Shown here in pieces: positions 50,990 through 61,900 of a stretch of 64,000 nucleotides of DNA (positions within the stretch are counted from its first letter, which is position 1; the number at the start of each line of letters is the position of its first letter). The position numbers and the translations under genes are program-made. Source of the DNA: Paraphysomonas bandaiensis (Eukaryota > Protista > Chrysophyceae). The notes beneath the pieces are model-generated. The model was given only the letters and a program-made list of their open reading frames with translations. It did no database searches and was not told the origin of the DNA. Location: assembly GCA_965644295.1 (NCBI GenBank), contig CBFFRP010000150.1, positions 248,001 through 312,000 on the forward strand. The letters are read 5' to 3'.

Positions 50990-52517
50990 ATGAGCCTGAT
51001 TGCAAAGACTATCGTCCAGAGATGTGCTCCGTTAAGATCGGTAGAGTGTATATATATACACACATCTCTATAATTAACAGCCACATATATACACAGGTTG
51101 CCACTACTGGAAGTCGAAGATTTCTTAATGTCCATGAATATGCCAGTATGGAAATAATGAGAGGATTTGACATTCCAGTGCCTAAGAGTAAGGTAGCTCA
51201 CTCAGCTGAAGAGGCGGGTGAGGTCTATCGTCAAGTTATTGGAGAGGGGAACGATTGTGTTATTAAGGCAATGGTGCTGACTGGTGGAAGAGGTTTGGGT
51301 CATTTTGATTCCGGGTTAAAGGGTGGTGTACATTTATGCAGTTCACCTGATGAAGTTGTTGATTACTCAAAGAAAATGCTCGGAAGTAATTTGATAACGA
51401 AACAAACGACTGCTGCTGGTCTACCCTGCAACAAGGTCATGCTTGCCGAACGCATGTATCTGCGTCGTGAAATGTATCTTTCAATAATGCTTGATCGTGC
51501 GGCTGGTGGGCCAATCTTTGTGGTGTCTCCTGCGGGTGGAACTTCTATTGAGGATGTTGCAGAGGCTACACCTGAGCTAATATTCAAACAACCCGTTGAC
51601 ATTGCCGCGGGAATTACTAGCGAACAAACTGAGTACATTGCTAACTCTCTGGGATTCAAGAAAGGAACTCCTGGGCATTCAAAGTGCCAGGATGTTGTCA
51701 CTAAGCTGTACCAGCTCTTCCGCGAGAAGGACTGTACTTTACTTGAAATCAATCCCCTTGCAGAGACACCAGATGGGCGTGTGCTTGTCTGTGACGCCAA
51801 AATTAACTTCGATGATAATGCGGAGTTCAGACAGAATGAGGTGTTCTCTTACCGTGACAGAAGCCAGGAAGATTTCAGAGAAGTGGAAGTGAGTGCGTGC
51901 AGTTACTGACCACTCATTGTTTTGACGTTTATATGTAGGCTGCCAAGTATGATCTTAACTACATTGGTCTTACCGGTAATATTGGGTGCATGGTTAACGG
52001 TGCCGGGCTTGCCATGTCTACTATGGATATTATAAAGCTGAAGGGAGGCGACCCGGCTAACTTCTTGGATGTGGGCGGAGGTGCCACTGAAGAACAGGTG
52101 CAGAAAGCATTTGAGCTCCTCAATGCAGACAAGAGCGTCAAGGCGATATTCGTCAATATATTCGGTGGAATCATGAAGTGAGTACCCTTTCGATATCACT
52201 TGGATGACTGTAGCTGATATGTTTCTTATTTAGGTGCGATATTATTGCTCAAGGAGTTCTCAATGCAGCGAGAAACATCGGCTTGAAGAAGCCTGTGATA
52301 ATCCGACTCAAAGGTACAAATGTGGAAGCCGCCAAGAAACTCATTCAGGTTAATATATATTGACTATTGTTATTTTCTAATATAACGTACTCAGAACTCG
52401 GAATTGAAAATGATCGTTTCCGATGACTTCGCTGATGCCGCTGAGAAGGCTGTAAAAGTTGCTGACATTGTCAAGTATGCTGAAGCCGTAAATTTACATG
52501 TAGAGTTTGAGGAATAA
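50990..52517 (+). CDS. Mitochondrial succinyl-CoA ligase beta subunit, 5 exons
   Basis: [74 protein letters not shown]. Confidence 0.96.
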
Positions 52518-53264
52518 GTTGATCGTATTATGGTGCTAAAATGTTTGTGTAATTACATTTAATAAGCATCTAATGTCTAATTGCTAAAGTTACCCTCATC
52601 ACATCTTCAACTGCATTTGCATTCCGCAGGTGTCTATGAAATATTAAAGCGCAAAAACATGAGGGCCTCCAATCGATGAGGTGCCATGGATTCGCCTACA
52701 TCACACATGATTTTGATTTTTGCTCTGCCGAAAAGCCTTTCTACACAATTAGTAATGGAGTAAATATGCTTTAAGCAGCGTACTTAGTTGGTTTCGTCGT
52801 GCGTAGTGCGTAGTCGCTTTTGTTCTTTGTGCGCTTGGTGACTTCTCACTTCTCATCAGTGAGTCGACACCATCATCGTCTTTTTCTTCTTCTTCATCAG
52901 TTTTGCTTGAGCTGCGCCTTCTCAGGTCGAGTGAGAGTGTCCTCCAAACCGCTTTGGACGTTCATACTACTTATACATATCTTAAAACTAGAAGGGTATT
53001 GAACACAACATTTACGCCATGAAGTAAGGTCAAGAGGAAAGAAACGTATTCGACCGTACAAACAAACAGCACCTTTCAGAATGTAATATAATGACCAATA
53101 TATTAAAACAGAGACGATAATATCAGGAGGAAGACCTTGGTTACAGATAGCAGTGGTGTAGCAATGAATAATAATCAGTAATGGTGATTGCTATTAAGGG
53201 CAATAAATGGTTATCGTCCTAAATCTTTCCAAGTTCTAATCCTAATATGTTCTTATACAAAATA

Positions 53265-53389
53265 GCAAATAATTGCCAATTAATTGCAACCTTTCTACGA
53301 GCAATTAATTCGCAATTATTACGTATATTCCATGCAATTTAATTGCAATTACAACTAATTGCAATTCAATTAATTGTTGCGAAGCCCTG
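53265..53389 (-). mobile_element. hAT-like MITE end relic (related end at ~17350-17437)
   Basis: Reverse complement begins CAGGGCTTCGCAACAATTAATTG, followed by AATTGCAA repeats. Confidence 0.5.
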
Positions 53390-54005
53390 GTAGTGTGTAT
53401 TAATATATTCAAAACTGAGTTCAATTTCTCAAATTGAAAAAGCTTTCAATGATAGAGTAAAAAGTGCAGCTTTAATAAACTCTGATAAAAGAACAAAAAA
53501 GTTTGGGAAGAGTAATACATGTAGTGCATACCACTGTCAATTTAGCAGCTACTGTGAGGAATTAAGATTCACTAAGTAGTCAGTGCTCAACCCCTCCAAC
53601 AGCCATACATTAGCTGCCAACATTTCTTGCCCAACTGTCCCTTTATCGAAACGGGTTATTATTATTTACTGTGGTCTTCATTTCTATTATTGCTAAATTG
53701 AAAATCAACAACTAATTGATACGCAATACACAACCATGAAAGTTGCATCCAGCCAGGTGCTTGACAAGTTGCATCGCTATTTACTATTTACAATCTAACT
53801 ATGTACCGTATTACCGTATTGGCAGGAATAATACGTATAGCATCAACTAATTGCTCCATGATAAAGCAATAATATCATTACGAACTAGGAAGCACATTAA
53901 TATTCATTACAGCGATACTCGTTGCCGTAGTAGTAGGGTACAACCCAAATGAGCATAAAACCTATCCCGACAGCACAAATTCAGACAAAACCAGAAGAAT
54001 ATATA

Positions 54006-55001
54006 CTACAAGTCTACTTTGTATATGCACCCGGTCGACCTCTCAGTGATGTATAAATAGTTGCCACTGTATACAGTAATCGTAACTTAGTGTATATACA
54101 TGTGAAAGATACGTACTTAATTGCGAGGCCGCTTAGTTCGGGACCGGCAACAGTTATATTAGACTGAATCTGGCCTGTAGGTGATATGACAAACACTCGG
54201 CCCTCTTGAGCTCCATCTGAAATGCGAATTCACACGATTACATTCAAATATGAGATTAACTGCATGAAAGTCGTCACCTGCAACATCGTACTGTGCAACG
54301 TATAGAGTGCCATTTTTGTCACACACGATTGAACAAGGGCCAACTCCACCACTCAATTGACAAAATACGCTTCCATTATATACACCAGCAGGTTTTTCAA
54401 AGTATCGTAATATACGATTCGTCATCTGCTCCGCTACATAACTGCCGAATACACGAAATTATCATGTTAATAACAGACAATACTAGAATAGTTACATAAA
54501 TTTTCCGTTCGGTGATGTGGCGATTCCTGATGGATATGCAAGGCTTTCAAGTGATATTGGTTTAAGGATTTGTCCAGATGAAGAATTGGTGATAACAAAA
54601 AGACTACCAATGGGGCGGTCCAGCCCAGTTTCACCGAAAGGTCCGCTATCTGTGAAAAATAGATTTCCATGTGCATCGTTAATAATGGTACTCGGGCCTT
54701 TCAATGGCTTATCTTCGTAAACGCCAACAACAATAGATTGACCACCATCATTATGTACCGCAAGAACAGCGCCGTGAGCATAATCAGTAATATAAAGCGT
54801 GCCATCTCTGTCAAACACCGCTCCACTGGGTTGACCATGGGTCATATGTACCCGCTCAACCTTTTCCAATTCATTAACCATCATAACCTCACCAGACGAC
54901 TGGTAGAGAAAATGTAAATTTCTATTGTCGTCAAAGAAAGGACAGCAGATGTCATTGGATAAATTCTGTATAAACGGCTTTGCTCTAACAGAATTCAGCA
55001 T
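54006..55001 (-). CDS. SMP-30/gluconolactonase/LRE (SGL) family six-bladed beta-propeller, 4 exons; start uncertain
   Basis: GQPSGAVFDRDGTLYITD, PLKGP..GNLFFTDSG, LAYPSGIATSPNG, ends NYLYITERSTGCIYKVDL*. Confidence 0.83.
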
Positions 55002-55251
55002 TTCTTCCGTCAAAAGATGACCCTTCAAAGCCAAAAAAAATACTTAAAGGTAGAATATATATTGAGTCTGGTTGTCAACGCTGGTTAGCTCTAATACAGC
55101 ACTATATGATGCAACAGCATCAGCCTTGAATTGCGCTTGTGGAGAAAGATACATACATAGGCGTATATATGCACACCACCACTACAGCCCAAAGAAAAAA
55201 TGAAACGTTTTTTTTTCACAAGCAACAACAGTTATCGTACCTGTATACCAC

Positions 55252-55631
55252 TACATACGTACATACATACATACATACATACATACATACATACATACAT
55301 ACATACATACATACATACATACATACATACATACATACATACATACATACATACATACATACATACATACATACATACATACATACATACATACATACAT
55401 ACATACATTCATACATACATACATACATACATACATACATACATACATACATACATACATACATACATACATACATACATACATACATACATACATACAT
55501 ACATACATACATACATACATACATACATACATACATACATACATACATACATACATACATACATACATACATACATACATACATACATACATACATACAT
55601 ACATACATACATACATACATACATACATACA
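55252..55631. repeat. (TACA)n microsatellite, ~380 bp, between divergent SGL and FG-GAP genes
   Basis: About 95 near-perfect units. Confidence 0.97.
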
Positions 55632-55745
55632 CAGGGCCACAAAGTAGTATGGATGGTATATTAAACATCTTCTTCTCCTGCACACTTCACTATGTACTTC
55701 ATGTAAACTTCATATCTTCTCTACCAATCACATCACATCACAAAT

Positions 55746-57442
55746 ATGATCCATCCATTCCTCGTATATTACCTCTCTGTATTCATACTGTGTATGGTTC
55801 ATATCACACACGCTAATCCTCTTCTACGTCGCTCATTATCATCATATGGATTTATTGCATCCGCTGTACATGAAATACATCCACGAGAGGCTATATCTCA
55901 TCATTGGTTTGGCTCATCTGTCCATCTGTCAGATAAAACAGCCATAGTAGGGGCTCCAGGAGACAGTGACTATAACAAATATGGGGCAGCGTATATATAC
56001 AGAAAAACAAGTGGACACTGGAAGGAGATTAGAAAGTTAACCCCATCTACCCCAGTAGTTGATGATGGATTTGGGTCTGCAGTGTCTATATATGATAATT
56101 ATGCTATTGTAGGAGCCTATAGGTATGTGATTTATATCCACTCCAGAGTGTGTGTATGTATGTATGTATGCATGTATGTATATGTCTGTATGTGTGTGTA
56201 TGTATGTGCATATGTATGTATGTGTGTATGTATGTTCATATGTAAGGGTATATGTGATGTAGAGATGATGCTAATGGTGAAGACTCTGGAAGTGTGTACT
56301 ACTTTTCTGGGGATGAGAACTGGGCTCAGATTCAAAAGATTGTTCCCTCGGATGGTGTGTCATTGGATTACTTCGGCAGTAGTGTTTCACAATATCGCCG
56401 GGAGGAGCTGATCGTAGGTGCATGGGGTGTTGATTATGGTAGCTACACGTCTTGTGGTGCTGCGTATTTCTACCGCTTCGGGAACTCTGTATGGAACCTG
56501 GAGGAGAAGATGTTACCGGCTGATATTCACAGTTATCAGTGGTTCGGCATCAGCGTGGCGATCTACCAAAGTAAGGCTGCTGTAGGTGCATGGGGTGACA
56601 ATGAAGGGGGGTCTGTAAGCGGCGCGGTGTATACCTACGACCACTCTATGGGAAACTGGCACAAGATTCAAAAGTTCTCCACCGGTGTTGCAGGGAACCA
56701 CATGGGGTATGCAGTGAGCATGCACGAGGATGTACTTGCTGTAGGGCTCCCAAACTCATACCGAACAACTATGGGAACCACTAACAACCCAAATGCCTAC
56801 CGGACGGGTATGGTGAAGATATTCCGACTGCGTGACTACAATCATTGGGAGCTCGAGCAGAATGTTGTGTGCTCTGACTGTGAAAACTTGGTCTCATTTG
56901 GACAAAGCGTCTCGGCTTCTTCTGACAAAGTGGTGATCGGTCGTCACGGCGCAGCAACAGTATGGACTTTAGATGCTTCTCAGGCAGTAGGGTACAGGTG
57001 GAGCCAAGAAGTATCACTCACAAGTGGAGATAGTGCAGCTGATGACTCTTATTTCTTTGGTTCCGCAGTTGCTATAGATGGCGGAAATGTGCTCATTGGC
57101 GTCAAAGATAGCGATATGCGCACTCACTCATCTGGAGATGCATACATTCGTGTTGAAGAAGCGGGGGTGGCTGTTTTATTCGAGAGCCCACGCAACAACT
57201 CGTCCAATAGATATTTTTACGAAGAAAACCTGAAACTTTACGTTGGGCTGTACATTATGATCGTGTTAGGAATCGCTGTTGTGTTAGTGGCACCTTTAGT
57301 AATATTTGGATATCATATGTATACTGAAGACAAAGACACAGCGAAGATCTTGGAGATGAAACCATTTATCAAAGCCTCAGCTCAAAGAAGTGATTCTTAC
57401 CAAGGACTTAAAAAGAATTCGATTGAACGGTCGAAGCCTTAA
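55746..57442 (+). CDS. FG-GAP-repeat beta-propeller type I membrane protein (integrin-alpha-like head), 2 exons (intron 56123-56262)
   Basis: Signal peptide; seven FGxSV..xVGA-type repeats; TM LYVGLYIMIVLGIAVVLVAPLVIFGY; short cytoplasmic tail. Confidence 0.87.
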
Positions 57443-57849
57443 TATATGATAGTTAGTATAAATAAAATGACATTGTTGTACGCATCTATAGCCAATATGT
57501 ATTTTACGCAGGAGCTAGGATTACTCTAATAACAAGTAGCTGTATGTGTGTATATTTTCAAGTATGCTATTACTATGTGTGATCCTGTTTGTATTGGCTT
57601 AACAACACATTGCACTTTCGGTCTGGGCACAAGAGAAATAGTAGTACATATAAATATAGGTAGTAACTATCACTAGTGAAATAAGGAAGTCCTGTGAAAA
57701 AGTTCAAAAGGTAGTTCATTAAATAGTTTATAAGGTAGTTCAAAAATGTGAGATTTCTGAAATGTTCAAAATGTAGTTCACAAGGTTGATTCATTGTTGC
57801 TTGATCTACCTTATGAACTACATTTGAAATTGAGCAAACTACCTTGTTA

Positions 57850-58348
57850 ACTTCTTTTAATCTTTCTTTTGAGTTGCTCTATTTCACTAGTGTATGTAAA
57901 TATGACGCAAGAGTCTCACGAAATAAGATATTATTGCTCACGCCCCGCGCCATCTCCAGACATGCTGGAGCCCCAACAATCCACCCTCTCGCGAATGTAT
58001 CCCAGGTTAGGAACACTCGACTTACTACTTCGGAATTCAGAATACTGTGTCTTTTCAAAAGTCCTGCAGAGCAGTACGTCAAGGGACGCCCCTCCTGACT
58101 AAAAATTCACGTGCACTTCAAGGACTCACATCCATAGAGAGCCCCTCCCTCGCATACAAGAACGGAAGTGGTCGCACCCTGGTGCTTGCAGCGACACACA
58201 AGCAGCTTTCTTAGCGTTATGAAGTAGGATGTGAGAATTTGTACTAGTTAGTGACAGGTAGAAGGTAGACGTCTATCTAGCTCGACTAGTTTACATCTAG
58301 CTACTAATCTGGTTCTGATTCTCGACACCTATTGCTAATAATAAGACT
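57850..58348 (+). mobile_element. Decayed family-1-like fragment with shared tail (motif copy H at 58164-58210)
   Basis: AAGGGACGCCCCTCCTGACTAA is KGRPPD* with a 1-nt frameshift; tail 58158-58348 ends CCTATTGCTAATAATAAGAC. 5' limit uncertain. Confidence 0.6.
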
Positions 58349-58970
58349 TGCAACCGTTGAAATACACTAATCTATAACAAAATCACACACCAAGAACTTA
58401 CAGACAACGCAATGCACATAAAACATATAGTTTTGAAACTAAAATTTACTTTTCGTATCACAAGTCTACAGCCACGATATACACCTGTAAACTATAAAAA
58501 TTAACTAACTCTACAAACAGTGTTTGTTGGATAATAGTAATTATTTAACTAGATCTAGATAGATTAATTAATAACGCTTACACGAATGGTGACAAGCAAT
58601 ACAAAGTCCTTTTTGCACTACGCAAATCTCATACATGTGTGAACCTTTCGCTACTAAACATATCTTGAGAGAGCAAACAATTTCAGTGCCTCAATTTTCA
58701 CTGTATTCTCCGTTCTCCGACATTGTCTTCAAGTGCCACAATGAATATACTAGTATTATACATACAATACTGTATGATACCATTCTTAATTCTAGACAAC
58801 TTAATGTCCTACGTGAGTCCATTAAATACTAATACCAAGTGCAACACAATAGAACTAAAGTTCTTGCGTTTTGAAGAAACGAAACAAATTTTAACATAGT
58901 ATTCAGTTTACGTTGATATACGTTTAATATTATTACAGAAAAACACAGTGACACAAACTACTATATAAGC

Positions 58971-61900
58971 CTACAAATTTCCCTGTTTCAACATTTCTAC
59001 TTGGCCCTTCCATCTGTCATTCCAGCTCGCCTCCTGCTGCAAAATCTTACCATAATAGATCTTGTTTTCATCGATTAAAGTAGTCATGTGGCGGGCGTAG
59101 CGCTCAAGTGCTGCATCCCGTTCACTCACGAGTAATCTGTGCGCTGTGCTAACTGCCCCTCGTACAGAACTGTTTTCACGTATAGTGGCAACCCAAGTGT
59201 CCGTAATTAGCTGGGGCCGGGCTGGTGGGGCCTCCTCGACAGGCTGCTCCGCCTTCTTCGCATCCTTCTTCTTTCCCTTTGCTGGCACCTCCTCCTCTAC
59301 TTGCTTTACAGGAGCTGGGGCGTGCTCCTGAAGGTCTTCCACGCGTAGATACGGCTCTGCGCGGCTAATTCCTACAGAAGAAATTAAAACCAAAAGAAGT
59401 ACATTGTTTATATATTCTCACCTTCAAGGAAACTATCAAGGGGCAGGGGAGGCCATACCCTTTCAACTGATAAGTCTTCCCCTCCTTTCTTTGCCGCCTC
59501 TTTAACTCGCTGCGCCTTCCTCAAGCGCTTCATCGTCACTTTCTTCTTCGGAATCTCAGTATCTGGCGGTACTTGAAGCAGGTCAAGTTTTAATGACGTG
59601 TCAAGCAATCTCGTGTATGCAGCTGCGACTACAGCCAAGTCTTCACAAAAAACCTTTGAGTACTTCGCCGTAAACGAGAGTAAACTGCTCTGAAACTTCT
59701 CAACATTCTCTTTTAAATCATTAGAGCGCTCACTTTCCTTAGAATCTAAAGCCAGCAGCTCATCAATTGCATCTGGGGATCCGAGTCGTGGTCGCAACTG
59801 TCGCTCGTGTTTTTCCTTTCCTTTTTCCCATAGACGTACCAGCTTTGCAAACTGTTCAACCTTTCGATCAATCACTTGCGCGGTAAACATCTCATAGCCG
59901 AGGCTCATTGTGCGGAAGCATGCAGCTGGAACTCCTACTTTTGTCTGGGGTTGATCTAACGGTCCTGTCTTCCGCGCCAACAGTACCTCGAAAGTATCCA
60001 CTTGATTCCACAATCGTTTCCACGACTTCTCTCGGTGACCTTTGGGACCTAAAATTTTGTGTCGAGTTTCACGCAGCCAAATGCTGAGTGACTCTGGAAT
60101 TCCCTCCTCAGTCTCTTGTAATATAGATTCCTTTCCCTCTCGCACATACAATTCCTTGGTTTCTTCCTTACATGATCGCTCTACTTCATCTACCACGTCC
60201 TGCAGACATACCATAGGCAGGATAGTTTCAGTAACACGCCTGTCATCTCTGTCATCACTGGACGCAAGTGGGGGCAGTCGACTCTGCACAGGGGGCCACG
60301 TAATATCTGGTACAGACTCATCGTCGGGATTCATAAATACTACGAGATATTTCGCCCTATCGTGTAGTGATTTTCTTACTTTCAGGGTTAGGTTCCACAT
60401 TTCCTCCACTGCCCTCAGCTCATCGTACCCACCTTCGCGAAGTGCTTTCGACAGAGATGCCTCTTTTCCTTGCACCAATGATGATATTAGAGATGGCGTC
60501 ATTTGTGTACTGGCTGCTTCGGACTTCCGCACAGCCTCTGCACATCTGAACTCTAGGTTGGCAATCAGCTCGTCAACCTTTCCAGCAGCCTGGTCGTCTC
60601 GAGCCATTTCCGTACGTAATCTCTCTTGGGCGCGTCTCCTGGGAGCCCCATACTTCTGACCAAGTCCTTGGGAGAGAGCTAATTCATTCGCCACGTCGTC
60701 ATACTTGTTCGTAAAGCTTCCATGCTCTGCTTGAGTGACTGTAAATTTCTGCTCCAAGTCATTAATGATACCCATCCATTCCTGTAGAACATCATCTATC
60801 TCAGCGCACTGCCCCTCTACAAGAGCAGCAATGTCGTTCAATTCATCTGGTGAGTAGCCCCCCTCTTTCCCCTCTTCTTGAGGAGGACAAATCTTACGAA
60901 AGTCTCTGGCATAAATTACTATTCCCGATGCATCCTCTGCAACCATCTGTCGTAGATTACTCAGATGGTTTCCGGAAGCAGCAGTAAAAGATTGCGTCAA
61001 CGCCCTTGCTTTAACTTCCACACCCTGCAAAAAGAGTTATTACGAATGGTTGATTTCTGTTAACTGGCTCCTTACTTGAAGTGCAGCTAGCGTCTTGAAC
61101 TGTATATCCGTTAATTGCTTTACAAGTGCATGAATATTGTCTATATATTCAGAGCAACACTGTTCGGAACTTGACACCTCATCGTCAAACTTTGCATGCA
61201 ATGCGCTCATTTTTTCCTGAATCGATAAAATAAATCGATACGTTTTTTCTTCGTGGTTCAGCAGCTCCACTTCGCGGGGCCGCTTTATTCTGGTTTCCAC
61301 AAGCCCACATCGAGGCCAGTGTGTGCGCAGAAGGTCTTCTAGCTCTTCAGTCAATTCTTCTTTTCTTTTCTTATTCAGAATCTCCGCCTTCTCAATGCGA
61401 TCACTAGAAGTAACTTCCAAGTGATTCACTAGACTTTCTCGCAGATTATAAAGCATCACGTGTACCACATCGTATTCTATTTCTACCATACAGGCAAATG
61501 GGTTACCCTCTGAGTCACAGGGTGGATTCTCCCTAAGATACTTCGGAGTTTGCTCCTGACGTCTCTTGCGTACCCGCTCCGCTATCTGAACTGTTTTCTC
61601 GTACGCAACCTTCTGCTCTTCGGCTGTAATGCGAGGTCTCCTGGGCGAATTTTCTTCATCTTTCTCGTTCCCTTCACCAGTATCATGCTCGCCTGCATCA
61701 TCAAACACATCTTCAAATGGCTCATCTCCATTGCGTGGGACGAAATACTTCTCAACCGACTCTTCGTATGCGCATATCTCATCGAAATCCATTTTCTCTG
61801 CAATTACATCAGTACTACGACAGCCAAACACAGATAGCACAACTAACCTAACGCGTCATCCGGAAGAAGCGTGACCATGGGTGGGTCTTCAACATTAGGA

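Noticed and set aside
52749-52960. Coding-like minus-strand stretch (..RRRSSSKTDEEEEKDDDG..)
   Set aside because: No start codon, convincing splice partner or recognisable homology; possibly a relic.
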